From Nitrosomonas sp. (GTDB lineage: Bacteria > Pseudomonadota > Gammaproteobacteria > Burkholderiales > Nitrosomonadaceae), in the NCBI RefSeq assembly GCF_020852615.1, contig NZ_JADZAJ010000023.1, positions 92,967 to 156,966 of the forward strand: a stretch of 64,000 nt of DNA. Direction: 5' to 3'. The notes beneath the pieces were generated by a model, which did not search any database, had not been told where the DNA came from, and saw only the letters and a program-made list of their open reading frames with translations. The translations under genes were made by a program, and so were the position numbers. This document shows, piece after piece, positions 20,292 to 30,500 of this stretch (its first letter is position 1; every line of letters starts with the position of its first letter).

Positions 20292-21221
20292 ATGAAAGAT
20301 TTTTCTGCGATCACATGGCAATTCCTGCCAGCGCCAAAGCAGTCCGGAAAAATGAAACCCGGGCGGAACCGGCGTCAGCTTGCGTATACCGATTGGGGAG
20401 ATCCAAAGAATAAATATGTGGTGGTGTGCGCCCACGGGTTAACCCGTAACTGCAGGGATTTTGATTTTCTCGCAGCAGCGCTGGAGCAGGATTTCAGAGT
20501 GGTTTGTGTAGATATGGCAGGGCGGGGGCGAAGTGACTGGCTGGCCGAGGCTGCTGATTACAATTCGGCAGCAACCTATGTGTCGGATATGGAACGTGTG
20601 CTTGAACACATTTACCGGCAGAACCACAACAGCCATCTCCATGTTTACTGGGTCGGGGTATCAATGGGAGGGCTGATCGGCATGCTGCTGGCTGCCCGTC
20701 AGCGTGAGACGGTTCCCTACCACATCAGGGCACTGGTAATGAGTGACATCGGGCCATTTGTTCCTGCCGGGGTGCTGGGTCTGTTTTCCGGTACGATTGG
20801 TACAGATCCGCGTTTTCACAGTCTGAGTGAACTGGAATTCCACATGCGCCGTACAGCGTTACCTTACAGCCGGTTTACTGATGCGCAATGGCACCATCTG
20901 GCGAAATATAGTGCACGTGAATATGGAGACGGGACAATTGGCTACCGTTACGATCCGGCCATTTCATCCGGCTTCAGGCCGGATCATATAAAAGACATCG
21001 ATTTATGGGCTTACTGGGACAGGCTGAACCTTCCGGTTCTGGTACTTCGTGGTGAAAAATCCGGTGTACTGACACCGGAAACAGCCGGCAGAATGCAGCG
21101 CCGGCCTGATGTGCAGATTACCGAGCTGGCGGGTATCGGGCACTCACCCATGCTGATGGATGAAGCCCAGATTCATCTGGTCAAAGACTACCTGCTGGGA
21201 ATCAGAAGCCGGGGAGAGTAA
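20292..21221 (+). CDS. Alpha/beta hydrolase
   Basis: HGLTRNCRDFD, nucleophile GVSMGG, GHSPML; start ATG 20292. Confidence 0.9.
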   Translation: MKDFSAITWQFLPAPKQSGKMKPGRNRRQLAYTDWGDPKNKYVVVCAHGLTRNCRDFDFLAAALEQDFRVVCVDMAGRGRSDWLAEAADYNSAATYVSDMERVLEHIYRQNHNSHLHVYWVGVSMGGLIGMLLAARQRETVPYHIRALVMSDIGPFVPAGVLGLFSGTIGTDPRFHSLSELEFHMRRTALPYSRFTDAQWHHLAKYSAREYGDGTIGYRYDPAISSGFRPDHIKDIDLWAYWDRLNLPVLVLRGEKSGVLTPETAGRMQRRPDVQITELAGIGHSPMLMDEAQIHLVKDYLLGIRSRGE

Positions 21222-21270
21222 TACCGGGAAATCGCGACTGTCTGATCCGGCGTTTCTGGTACTTGCGTTT

Positions 21271-22710
21271 CTAGTGCCTGACGCGGACCCGGTAGCTCAA
21301 TATCACTTTCTCATTTGCCGGTACCCGCATCATCCATTCAGCCAGGCTGGAAGCAGGTTTGGTATGAGGCATGGATTCTGAAATCATTATCCAGTCACCG
21401 GGAATAGGCTCCTGTACCCGGATACTGATATCTTCCTGACGGGTGTTGCGAATTTCAATCTGATGTGCGGTTTCGGTGAAGCGTTTAGAAGGTGTGTCCA
21501 GCTGCTGAAAATCCGTTTGGGTTCTGGTGGCAGTGATGTCAAAGGCTCTGCCCAGCTTTACACGGACCCGCTCGTCTTTTGCTGTGTGATCGATACGATC
21601 TTCCCCCAGAAACTGCATGTTATTTTGTGCATCGTTTTTATAGACACGGACAGTCCCTTTTGGCAACGGCACCCCCAGCCCCTGTCCCTTATTGTCAAAC
21701 TGGAAGAGTACAACCGGATTCAGCCTGCTGTCCTGGTTGTTATATTTATTAAAGTAGTACGTCTCCATCCCGCGCAACAAAAACTCCTGCGCAACCGGAA
21801 TAGCCGTTGCTGACATCAGTGTGATCTGTTTGGCCTGGTTTTCTGCCAGAGTGGTTGCGGCCGGCAATGTGTAAAGATGATATTCAGACAGCGGTTCTTC
21901 TCTGGTCTCCTGATACTCGGTTGCATCAGCCACCATGGCCATCATTTTTCTGGCCGGATGCGGCTCAACTGAAATCAGGCTGAGTTCTCCGGCCATCAGT
22001 TGCAAATGCGCTTCCGGGTAAGTAATGCCGCTATGGTTGGTCAGTGTGGCCAATCCAATAAGGCCAAGCCGGGTATCATCTGCATTGAGTGTGGCTACAT
22101 AATCCGCCTGCCAGGAAAGTCCGCTGGTCAGATAGGATAATTCCAGCTTATGTTTACCCGGAGCCGCACCATCCAGCAGAAGCGAAAGTGTGGGGTGCTC
22201 GTACAGGTCGTCGGGTACATCCGGAAAGATAATTCGTTCCGGCATGCCCGTTTCAATCCGATCTCTGAATTTCAGTACGATTCCATCACTGGTGGAAAGC
22301 ACCGTGGCAGCTTCCATCGTTTCTTCTCCGGTGACCGGGTTGGTATGAACCACGTTGACGCTGCGTCCGTGATATTTTTCCAGCAGCTTTTCCGGAGAAA
22401 GCAGATCAAAGTCGAAATTCTGTTCGACTACCCGGATTTCAGATGTTTTTTCAAGGGGGGTCAACAATGCGGTTTCCGGGCGTATCCGGGTTGAAACTTC
22501 GCCCCAGGCCAGCCTGTTCATGCCTTCTTCCAGGGAAACATGGCGCAGATCGCGAACCATTGCCAGATTGTCGTTGTAGATAGTGATACTGATCTGTTGC
22601 TGATCCTGGAGCGTGGTGGTCTTTTCCTTCAGGTGGTGCATGGTAAAGCCATCGGCACTGGCAACCGCCAGCACAGCCGGTAATACAGCTTTGCACAAAG
22701 TTTTCAGCAT
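21271..22710 (-). CDS. DUF4139/DUF4140 domain secreted protein
   Basis: ITIYNDNLAMVRD, EQNFDFDLLSPEKLL, LSWQADY, GEDRIDHT motifs. Confidence 0.85.
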   Translation of the reverse strand: MLKTLCKAVLPAVLAVASADGFTMHHLKEKTTTLQDQQQISITIYNDNLAMVRDLRHVSLEEGMNRLAWGEVSTRIRPETALLTPLEKTSEIRVVEQNFDFDLLSPEKLLEKYHGRSVNVVHTNPVTGEETMEAATVLSTSDGIVLKFRDRIETGMPERIIFPDVPDDLYEHPTLSLLLDGAAPGKHKLELSYLTSGLSWQADYVATLNADDTRLGLIGLATLTNHSGITYPEAHLQLMAGELSLISVEPHPARKMMAMVADATEYQETREEPLSEYHLYTLPAATTLAENQAKQITLMSATAIPVAQEFLLRGMETYYFNKYNNQDSRLNPVVLFQFDNKGQGLGVPLPKGTVRVYKNDAQNNMQFLGEDRIDHTAKDERVRVKLGRAFDITATRTQTDFQQLDTPSKRFTETAHQIEIRNTRQEDISIRVQEPIPGDWIMISESMPHTKPASSLAEWMMRVPANEKVILSYRVRVRH

Positions 22711-22805
22711 ACTTATTGTCCCTCTGGTTTTTAGTATTGTTATTGGTTGGATTTTGAAAAAATCCTGGCGGGTACATTGCGTACCTTGCTGCCGTCTGGT
22801 GGATA

Positions 22806-22861
22806 AGTCCAGTAATTAATCCGGTATTAGTCCAGTAATTGGTCCGGTAGTCACAGTAATC
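22806..22861. repeat. About 2.4 copies of a 23-bp direct repeat upstream of the DUF4139 gene
   Basis: AGTCCAGTAATTAATCCGGTATT / AGTCCAGTAATTGGTCCGGTAGT / CACAGTAATC. Confidence 0.6.
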
Positions 22862-22927
22862 AGGCCCGGGAAATAAGCTCAAATAATCTCCCCGAAATGA
22901 TTTGAGCTTAAGAATCCTCTAAAGAGA

Positions 22928-22956
22928 ACCGCACAGTATGCATCATACTGTGCGGT
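22928..22956 (-). terminator. Terminator of the coiled-coil gene
   Basis: Perfect 13-bp stem ACCGCACAGTATG-CAT-CATACTGTGCGGT, followed on minus strand by TCTCTTT. Confidence 0.8.
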
Positions 22957-22968
22957 ATGGGGAAGAAG

Positions 22969-24981
22969 TTACTCAATTGTTTGTATTGCGGTTTCTTCAG
23001 TTTCTTCTGTGGACTGGCCGGGGGAAATATCCTGCTCTGCCGGATTCTCTGAAGCATCAAGAGTTGGCTGGCCGGGTGTCCCGTCAGAGTTGACTGATGT
23101 TTCCGTATCAGCAGATTCAGCAGATTCATCGGATTGGGCTGATACGGCTTTGTGCGTGATGATTTCAGCCACCAGATCATCCTCACTCAGACAATGCTGA
23201 ATGAGCCGGGTTGCCTGGGCAATTGCAGTTTCATCTGCCCGAATGCGCGCCGCAGCCGCTTCAGCCGCCATGGTTTCAACCGCTTCCCGGGCAATGGCAC
23301 GCTCAACCGCCAGGGTATCCTGTTCGATACGATCCCGTATTGCCTTCGATGCCGAAGATGCAGTCTGGATCTTATGCAGTTCAGTGGCTGCCGCAATTTC
23401 AGCTGCCTTAAGCTGTTCTTCCATTTTCACCATGGCAATGACCCGGTCTTGTGCAATGCGGGTTGAGAGCTCAGTCAGTTTCTGCTCAATCACAATACGT
23501 GCCGCCGCCGCTGATTTGGCCTGCTGAATCGCTTCAGCCTGTTTTTTCTTGTTTTCGATCAGGCGCGCTTCGGTTTCGGCCAGTTCATTGGCTTCTGTCT
23601 CAACCTGTTTGTCCAGTGCGGCTCTTTCTTCAGCGAGCTCAGTCGCGCATGTTTCTGCCGCAATTTTATCTTCAGCCGTTTTTCTCGCAACTGCCTCTGC
23701 AGCAGCCCTGGCCCGGGCACGCCGGATTGCCGTTTCCTGGGCCTGTATACGTTCTTTGATCGCATCGGTTACTGCCTGATCAGTCTGTGCCTTTTCATTG
23801 AAAATGGCGGTTTCCTGTTCTTTTGCCTGTGTACGGGCTTCAGCTGCAGCACGTGCCTCGTTTTCCGCCACGGCATATATTCTTGTTTTTTCCAGTAACA
23901 GTTCATCTGCCCGGGAGCGTTCCTGTGCGGCCCGGGCTGCTTCCTTTTCCGCCAGCGCAACCTGTTCCGCAACAGCTCTGGCTTTCCGTTCCGCTTCGAT
24001 CCGGGCACGTTCAGCCGCCGCCGCCTCCAGCTCGGCCGTGGCACGCGCTTCTGCTTCTGATTTTGCAGCCAGATCAAGCTCGCACCGGGATTGTGCCGCT
24101 TCAGCCGCTTTCTTTTCAGCATCAAGCCGGGCCTGTTCTGCTTCGCGTGCACTGACTTCAGCCTGCAATCTTTCCTGTGCTTTTGCTGCCAGACTGGCTT
24201 CCGCTTCAGTGCGCAAGCGGATTTCTTCAATGGCCTGACGCTCGGCTTCCATCCGGGCGTTGGCCAGCGCCATACTTTTTTCGTTTTCCTCAATTTTTGT
24301 ACGCGCCAGGGCGGTGGCTTCCGCTTCAGCGGCAGAGGCGGCAAGCGCTATTTTGAGTGCTTCTTCACTGGTTTTTCTTCTGGCAATAGCCGCCTCAATG
24401 GCTCTTTGTTCCGCCAGCTCCCGTTCCTGGGATTTTTTCAGTGCCAGTGCCTCTTCCTGCAAGCGTCTGCGGGCTTTTTCAGTCGTGGAAGCCTCGGCTT
24501 GCACTTTGGCGCGCAATGCAGCCACGGTTTCTTTCTCTGCTCTGAGGCCGTCTTCCGCTGTCTGGCGCAGTCTGGCTTCCAGTTCCTGTCGGGTTTGTGC
24601 CTCATGGGCAGCCATGGCTTCTGCTCTGGTGCGTGCCCGGGCTTCTTCCGTAGCGGCAGTTTCAGCCTTGATACGCGCTTCAGCCGCCAGTCTGGCACTG
24701 GCTTCCACTCGGGCACGTGCTTCTGCCGTAACGCGCGCTCTTGCCTCGGTTTCGATCCGGTTCTTGGCTTCCCGGATAGCCATATTCTCAGCTGTCAGCC
24801 GGGAAGCAGGATTGTCATAGACAGAAGCACCGTAATCTTCCTGCTCCAGAGTATCACTGGCGGACGATAGCGCATCATCAGCAGTTTTCCCGGTATGGAG
24901 TGCGACGACATTGGATTCATCTGTGTTTTCTGTCTGAGGGGTGATGTTCAGAATTGACCGGAGATGAGATTTGAATAGCAT
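22969..24981 (-). CDS. Ala/Glu/Arg-rich long coiled-coil protein, unknown function
   Basis: 670-aa ORF; about 540 aa nearly free of Pro and Gly with heptad-like EA/RA periodicity; acidic disordered termini. Confidence 0.75.
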   Translation of the reverse strand: MLFKSHLRSILNITPQTENTDESNVVALHTGKTADDALSSASDTLEQEDYGASVYDNPASRLTAENMAIREAKNRIETEARARVTAEARARVEASARLAAEARIKAETAATEEARARTRAEAMAAHEAQTRQELEARLRQTAEDGLRAEKETVAALRAKVQAEASTTEKARRRLQEEALALKKSQERELAEQRAIEAAIARRKTSEEALKIALAASAAEAEATALARTKIEENEKSMALANARMEAERQAIEEIRLRTEAEASLAAKAQERLQAEVSAREAEQARLDAEKKAAEAAQSRCELDLAAKSEAEARATAELEAAAAERARIEAERKARAVAEQVALAEKEAARAAQERSRADELLLEKTRIYAVAENEARAAAEARTQAKEQETAIFNEKAQTDQAVTDAIKERIQAQETAIRRARARAAAEAVARKTAEDKIAAETCATELAEERAALDKQVETEANELAETEARLIENKKKQAEAIQQAKSAAAARIVIEQKLTELSTRIAQDRVIAMVKMEEQLKAAEIAAATELHKIQTASSASKAIRDRIEQDTLAVERAIAREAVETMAAEAAAARIRADETAIAQATRLIQHCLSEDDLVAEIITHKAVSAQSDESAESADTETSVNSDGTPGQPTLDASENPAEQDISPGQSTEETEETAIQTIE

Positions 24982-25141
24982 GATGGTTACCGTTTTCTCA
25001 AGAAAGGTGTGCGAATGACGCTTACATTACCAATTGCCGGGAAAAGGCAATCAGTCGAACAGGGGGTAAAAAATCCGGTTAATCCGGAGAATATTGCGGG
25101 CGTACCTGTTACACAGGGCTGAATTGTGAACAGGATTGGGA

Positions 25142-25942
25142 TCATGGTATTCCGGTCCAGTGGACTGCTCCCCCCGCGAGGGATTGCATGAAGGAGAAAC
25201 TTTCCCGGAAGATCTGGCTGAATAAAGGCGTGCAGTAAGGCAGTACCCATGACATGACCAGCAGGCCGATTCCCAGCGTCAGTGGAAATCCGACTGCAAA
25301 AATGTTCAGCTGCGGCGCGGCGCGTGTCAGGATACCCAGCGCCAGGTTGGTAATCAGCAACGCCGTCAGGACGGGCAGGGCCAAATGTAACCCCAGCGTG
25401 AAAATCATGACTCCCCGGTCGACGAGTGCCGTAAATGAAGCGGTATTTATCCCGTCTGTCCCGACAGGCAGTGTCGTGAAGCTCTCTGCCAGTATGGTAA
25501 TGACCTGCAGATGTCCGTCGATCGCCAGAAAAAAAAGGGTGGCCAGCAGTCCGTAGAAGCGGCCGATTACCTGGACCTGTCCGGATTGCTGGGGATCGAA
25601 GAACATGGCAAACCCGAGCCCCATCTGCAATCCTGTGATTTCCCCCGCCATTTCAATTGCCGTGAAGATAATGCGCATGGAAAATCCCATGGCCAGTCCA
25701 ATAATGACCTGTTGCATCAGTACAATCAGACCAATACCGGAACCCGGATCAATCTGTGGCAACGGGGGCAGCAGGGGGGCGATCAGAATGGCGAGCAACA
25801 GGGCCAGCCCCAGTTTGACCGGCGTCGGGATCGAGCTGCTGCCCAGCAGGGGGGTGCTGGCGAGAATGGCAAGAATTCTCACCAGTGGCCAGATCAGTAC
25901 AGCCAGCCAGCCATTCAGCTGTTCGGTGGTAATGCTGATCAT
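25142..25942 (-). CDS. fliR: Flagellar export protein FliR
   Basis: QMGLGFAMFFDP, IDGHL, RAAPQLNIFAVGFP. Confidence 0.96.
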   Translation of the reverse strand: MISITTEQLNGWLAVLIWPLVRILAILASTPLLGSSSIPTPVKLGLALLLAILIAPLLPPLPQIDPGSGIGLIVLMQQVIIGLAMGFSMRIIFTAIEMAGEITGLQMGLGFAMFFDPQQSGQVQVIGRFYGLLATLFFLAIDGHLQVITILAESFTTLPVGTDGINTASFTALVDRGVMIFTLGLHLALPVLTALLITNLALGILTRAAPQLNIFAVGFPLTLGIGLLVMSWVLPYCTPLFSQIFRESFSFMQSLAGGAVHWTGIP

Positions 25943-26008
25943 GGGTGAACCGGTTGCCCGTGCGTGGCCAGCGGTTCCCTGACCGGAATCACCCTGACGG
26001 ATCCGGGT

Positions 26009-26281
26009 TTAGCCGCTGATGATCCAGGGAATGCTGGCATAGAGCCTTTCAATGTAATCCATCATGACCTGCAATATCCAGGGGCCGGCCAGCACCAGCG
26101 TGGTAAATATGGCCAGCAGTTTCGGGATGAACGACAGCGTCATTTCATTGATCTGTGTTGCCGCCTGAAAGATGCTGATCAGCAAACCCGTCACCAGTGC
26201 CACCAGTAATAAGGGTGCTGCAATCATCAGCGTGATTTCCATTGCCTGCCGGCCGATGGTCATTGCCTGTTCCGGGCTCAT
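26009..26281 (-). CDS. fliQ: Flagellar export protein FliQ
   Basis: FQAATQINEMTLSFIPK. Confidence 0.97.
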   Translation of the reverse strand: MSPEQAMTIGRQAMEITLMIAAPLLLVALVTGLLISIFQAATQINEMTLSFIPKLLAIFTTLVLAGPWILQVMMDYIERLYASIPWIISG

Positions 26282-26305
26282 GGTTTGTTCTCCCTGTTTT
26301 TCCGG

Positions 26306-27094
26306 CTAGACATAAAAACTCTGAGTAAGCGAGCCAATCAGCAAATGCCAGCCGTCCACCAGCACAAACAGCATCAGCTTGAACGGCAGCGAGATAATCA
26401 TGGGGGACAGCATCATCATCCCCATTGCCATTAACGTGCTGGCAACCACCATATCAATGATCAGAAACGGGATAAACACGACAAATCCGATCTGGAATGC
26501 GGTTTTCAGCTCACTGGTGATATAGGCCGGCACCAGTATTTTCATCGGTACCTGTTCCGGGCTTTCGATTTCCTCGCTTCCGGCAATCCGTGCGAACAGA
26601 GCAATATCAGCCTCACGTGTCTGACGCAGCATAAAAGATTTGAGCGGATCGCTTGCCTTTTCCATCGCTTCAACAACGCTGATTTTGTCTTCTGAAAACG
26701 GCAGGTACGCATCCGTATAAATCCGGTCGAGTACCGGCGACATAATAAAAAAGGATAAAAACAGCGCCAGGCCGAGCAACACCTGGCTGGGAGGGGAAGA
26801 CTGTGTCCCCAGCGCCTGTCGCAGCAGGGACAGAACAATGATGATGCGGGTAAAGCTGGACATCATCAGCATGACTGCCGGTAAAAATGTCAGCGAAGTC
26901 AGCAGCAGCAGCGTTTGCAGGCTGAGAGAATAAGTGGTGCTGCCTCCTGCGGCAGTTGTGCCGGTAATGGCGGGAAAACCGGTTTTTTGTGCCAGCACCG
27001 GGGTGGCAAAGCAGATTCCTATTCCCAGCAATAGGGAGCCATAGCCAATACCGCGTTTATTCATGCGGGGCGAATCCGGTAATTCAGTGTTCAT
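26306..27094 (-). CDS. fliP: Flagellar export protein FliP
   Basis: [35 protein letters not shown]; start set at ATG 27094. Confidence 0.96.
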   Translation of the reverse strand: MNTELPDSPRMNKRGIGYGSLLLGIGICFATPVLAQKTGFPAITGTTAAGGSTTYSLSLQTLLLLTSLTFLPAVMLMMSSFTRIIIVLSLLRQALGTQSSPPSQVLLGLALFLSFFIMSPVLDRIYTDAYLPFSEDKISVVEAMEKASDPLKSFMLRQTREADIALFARIAGSEEIESPEQVPMKILVPAYITSELKTAFQIGFVVFIPFLIIDMVVASTLMAMGMMMLSPMIISLPFKLMLFVLVDGWHLLIGSLTQSFYV

Positions 27095-27584
27095 GGTTCT
27101 GCTCCAGAGAGGCTTGCAGCTTTTCTGCAAAATGATTGGCAGCCGGTGATTCCGTTACTTCGCCTGCCGCCGGTGATTTTTTGTGCATCTGGTGCAGCAG
27201 ATTCACCTGTCCCGGCGCAACGCCCAACACCAGCCAGGTATCGTCGATCTCGGCAATGACCACTTTCTCCCGCTGTCCGACACTGGCCGCAGAAATAATT
27301 TTCAGTAATCCGGTCCGGCTGGCGGGATGAAAACCGATCTTTTTGAATAGCCAGGCGATCAGCGCAATCAGTGCCAGCACCACCAGCAGGCTTGCTGAAA
27401 GCTGCAGCATGCTTTCGGTGGAAACAACCGGCGGTGGCTGGATATAGGACTGGGCATGGGACTGATTTTTTACCGGTTCGGCAAGCAGTGGCTGTGGCAG
27501 GCACAGCAGCAGCCACCACCAGGCAGCGCCTGCCCGGATACGGAGGGATTGCATGTATCGGGTGATCCGTGCCGCAGGTATCAT
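27084..27584 (-). CDS. fliO: Flagellar protein FliO
   Basis: Single TM, then [12 protein letters not shown]...[13 protein letters not shown]; position between fliN and fliP; start uncertain. Confidence 0.85.
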   Translation of the reverse strand: MIPAARITRYMQSLRIRAGAAWWWLLLCLPQPLLAEPVKNQSHAQSYIQPPPVVSTESMLQLSASLLVVLALIALIAWLFKKIGFHPASRTGLLKIISAASVGQREKVVIAEIDDTWLVLGVAPGQVNLLHQMHKKSPAAGEVTESPAANHFAEKLQASLEQNHEH

Positions 27585-27596
27585 CGCTGTTATCAA

Positions 27597-28067
27597 CTAG
27601 CGATTGAGTTTGCGTATGCGTTCACTGGGCGTGATGATGTCAGTCAGGCGAATGCCAAATTTATCGTTGACAACGACCACTTCCCCCTGAGCGATCAAAC
27701 AGCCGTTGACCAGTACATCCATCGGCTCACCTGCCATACCGTCCAGTTCCACTACAGAACCCTGCGCCAGCTGCAGCAGGTTCTTGATTGCAATGCGGGT
27801 GCGACCGAGCTCGACAGTCAGTTGCACCGGAATATCCAGAATCATGTCAATATCGTTACGGGTGTCGTTCAGCACATCGTTTCTGGAAAACTGCTCAAAA
27901 ATGGGAGATGGCTTTGCCAGGCTGTCACCCGTCAGTTGTGCAGATGAATGGGAAGAGGATACATCCTCATCTGCCGCAGGCTGTGCCTCAGCCGCCTGCT
28001 GTTCTGCCATGGCGGCAGCCCAGTCGTCCTGTTCGGTTTGTGGTTCAATCAGTGTGGATTCATTCAT
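27597..28067 (-). CDS. fliN: Flagellar motor switch protein FliN
   Basis: DDWAAAMAEQ; DIPVQLTVELGR; GEVVVVNDKFGIR. Confidence 0.97.
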   Translation of the reverse strand: MNESTLIEPQTEQDDWAAAMAEQQAAEAQPAADEDVSSSHSSAQLTGDSLAKPSPIFEQFSRNDVLNDTRNDIDMILDIPVQLTVELGRTRIAIKNLLQLAQGSVVELDGMAGEPMDVLVNGCLIAQGEVVVVNDKFGIRLTDIITPSERIRKLNR

Positions 28068-28081
28068 CTTCTGCTCCGGTA

Positions 28082-29074
28082 TCAGTCAGTTTCGTTTGGA
28101 GATCGTATGGTTTTAACTTTAAGTGCGTAGTGATCATTGAGAATGCCGTAATGGCAATCCATGACCGGTACATTGTTTGCCATGGCAACAACGGTATCCG
28201 GGATATCGAGTGCAATGACATCGCCTTCCTGCATATTGAGTATCTGGTGCAGCGTCACCCTGGCCTGGCCCAGATTGGCAATAATTTCTATTTCTGCTCC
28301 CTGTACCTGCCTGGTTAGTGATCTGATCCAGTTCTTATCCACTTCCACCTGGTCTTCCTGCATGCTGTTATTCAGCAGGTCGCGTATCGGCTCCAGCATG
28401 GTGTAGGGGATACAGGTGTAAAAATCACCGCGATTACCCCCCAGATTGAGTTCAAAGCAGCTTGCAACAACCATGTCGTTGGGTGCCACGATATTGGCGA
28501 ATTGCGGGTTCATTTCCGCGCGAAGATACTCAAACCTGACCGGATAAACTGAGTGCCAGGCTTTTTCATAATGCTCGAACAGCACATCGAGCAAACGCCG
28601 GATAATGCCCTGTTCGGTCATGGTGAATTCCCGTCCTTCCACCCGGGTGTGGAAACGGCCATCCCCGCCGAACAGGTTATCCACGATCAGGAAAATCAGG
28701 TTGGGATCAATGGTGAACAGTGCCGTGCCACGCAGTGGTTTTATGCCGACCAGATTGATGTTTGCCGGAACCACCAGCGAGCGGGTAAATTCGCTGTATT
28801 TGATGGTTTTGATTGAACCGGCGGAAATATCAACCCCCCGGCGCAGGAAGTTATACAGCCCGATCTGCAGCGAATTGGCGAAGCGCGCATTAATGATTTC
28901 CAGAGCAGGCATGCGGCCGCGCACAATCCGTTCCTGCGTCGCCAGGTTGTAGGGGCGCACTCCGCCCGGACCGGTGACCTCATCTTCTTTCTGGGCCGTT
29001 TGCTGATGCGGGTTGCCGCTATCAAAATTCAGCAGCGCATCAACTTCATCCTGGGTAAGAAAATTCTCGGCCAT
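28082..29074 (-). CDS. fliM: Flagellar motor switch protein FliM
   Basis: FLTQDEVDALL CheY-binding peptide; RIVRGRMPALEIIN; EMNPQFANI. Confidence 0.97.
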   Translation of the reverse strand: MAENFLTQDEVDALLNFDSGNPHQQTAQKEDEVTGPGGVRPYNLATQERIVRGRMPALEIINARFANSLQIGLYNFLRRGVDISAGSIKTIKYSEFTRSLVVPANINLVGIKPLRGTALFTIDPNLIFLIVDNLFGGDGRFHTRVEGREFTMTEQGIIRRLLDVLFEHYEKAWHSVYPVRFEYLRAEMNPQFANIVAPNDMVVASCFELNLGGNRGDFYTCIPYTMLEPIRDLLNNSMQEDQVEVDKNWIRSLTRQVQGAEIEIIANLGQARVTLHQILNMQEGDVIALDIPDTVVAMANNVPVMDCHYGILNDHYALKVKTIRSPNETD

Positions 29075-29085
29075 GGTGTCTGGGT

Positions 29086-29598
29086 TTACTGGATGATGAA
29101 AGAGGTGAACAGCACATCCAGAACATCATCTTTCAGGTCTTCAGCATCCACCCTGGATTTAATTGCCTGAATGATCTCCTGGCTGAGTTTCTGTTTGCCA
29201 TCCAGTGTATTGATTTCAGACGGTTTTTTACTGGTCAGTAATAGCAGAATCTGGTTGCGGACTTCCGGTTTTTTCTCGTCAATCATCTTGATGATGTCGG
29301 ATTCATTGACTTTGAGGGAGAGTTCCACCTGCAGGTAATGGGGTTGTTTACTGTCCGCCTGTTCCGGTTGCAGGTTAACGGTAAAACTCTCCAGCTTGAT
29401 GAAAGCAGTGGGTATATTCTTCTTTTTATCAGTGGCTTCTGTTTTATCATCTGTCTGCAGATGCTTCATGTAATACCAGGTGCCGCCCACCCCTGCGCCG
29501 ATGGCCAGTATTCCGGTCAGGGCCAGTAAAATGACCTTTTTTTTGCTGCCTGTCGCGGCGGGTGCAGCGGGTGTGGCCGGTGCTGTTGCTTCGCTCAT
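29086..29598 (-). CDS. fliL: Flagellar basal body-associated protein FliL
   Basis: N-terminal TM; FTVNL, YLQVEL, VLFTSFIIQ. Confidence 0.93.
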   Translation of the reverse strand: MSEATAPATPAAPAATGSKKKVILLALTGILAIGAGVGGTWYYMKHLQTDDKTEATDKKKNIPTAFIKLESFTVNLQPEQADSKQPHYLQVELSLKVNESDIIKMIDEKKPEVRNQILLLLTSKKPSEINTLDGKQKLSQEIIQAIKSRVDAEDLKDDVLDVLFTSFIIQ

Positions 29599-29901
29599 GA
29601 TTTCTCCTGCATGGGTGTAAATACGAGCGAATTATGGTGAATGCCTCGTGGTTTTGATGATGTGAATAATCACCTAAACGCTGGCTATTTCCCTGTTCTG
29701 GCAGGGGAGAAGCATGTTATGCCGCGGAGAGAAACCTGCATGGAGATGAGGTGCCGGAAAGAAAATGGCGGGTGAGGAAAACAGAAATCAGGAAATTTCT
29801 AAAGTCAGGTGAAAGGCCGTCGTTATACTCCCCAGCAGTATCCAAGAAAAGCAATACCATGAGAATTTGTTTTATTTGTTAATCCGATGGAGAACTTAAC
29901 C

Positions 29902-30324
29902 ATGCAACATGTACAAAAAGGTTTTACTTTGATTGAATTGATGATCGTGGTGGCGATCATCGGAATTCTGGCGGCCGTGGCGATTCCGGCGTATTCAGAT
30001 TACCAGGCTAAATCGAAGGTAACGGCTGGCCTAGCAGAAATTTCAGCTGGGAAAACTGCATTTGAAGACCGAGTCAACAATGGCGATACGGTTGGCGCTG
30101 ACCCTACAATTATTGGCCTTAAAACACCAACTAGCAATTGTACTATTGTTACCTCAGCAAACTCTATTGAATGTACGCTTACGAATGCTCCGTCTCAAGT
30201 TGCCGGTAAAAAAATTACTTTGACACGGACTGATGGGACTTGGACATGCGCCTCCGATGCGGACAGTAAATACACTCCGAAGAGCTGCCCTGGTGTTAGT
30301 GCTAGTAGTACAACTACTCCTTAA
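29902..30324 (+). CDS. pilA: Type IVa major pilin
   Basis: [29 protein letters not shown] prepilin motif; C-terminal disulfide loop; RBS GGAG before ATG 29902. Confidence 0.93.
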   Translation: MQHVQKGFTLIELMIVVAIIGILAAVAIPAYSDYQAKSKVTAGLAEISAGKTAFEDRVNNGDTVGADPTIIGLKTPTSNCTIVTSANSIECTLTNAPSQVAGKKITLTRTDGTWTCASDADSKYTPKSCPGVSASSTTTP

Positions 30325-30343
30325 TAATATTAAATATGTGTAT

Positions 30344-30373
30344 ATAAAAAAGGGGCTTTGGCCCCTTTTTTAT
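30344..30373. terminator. Bidirectional terminator after pilA
   Basis: ATAAAAAAGGGGC-TTTG-GCCCCTTTTTTAT. Confidence 0.9.
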
Positions 30374-30375
30374 CG

Positions 30376-30461
30376 CACAAACAAAGCAAACAATACAAAA
30401 TGGGGCAGACAAAAAACAAAAACAAATAAAAGCAAAGAAAAAACAAAAGGACACCCATGTT
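30376..30461. repeat. A-rich tract bounded by imperfect inverted arms (candidate RAYT left end / REP-like element)
   Basis: AAAATGGGGCAGAC ... about 40 nt of A/C-rich sequence ... GGACACCCATGTT. Confidence 0.5.
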
Positions 30462-30463
30462 GT

Positions 30464-30492
30464 TTGACAGTTTGTGCTTTGCCGGCTAAACT
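30464..30492 (+). promoter_or_regulatory. Near-consensus sigma70 promoter of the transposase
   Basis: TTGACA(30464-30469)-17 nt-TAAACT(30487-30492); ATG at 30501. Confidence 0.7.
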
Positions 30493-30500
30493 CTTCTTCC

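Noticed and set aside
23009-24870. Many overlapping antisense and alternate-frame ORFs over the coiled-coil gene (and similarly over lon, DUF853 and others)
   Set aside because: Shadow frames produced by biased codon use; no motifs or RBS
30376-30450. A-rich tract as a retroposed poly(A)-like mRNA tail of pilA
   Set aside because: No RT in the window; the tract is bounded by inverted arms, and the similar 63.6-kb tract has the wrong orientation for a tail
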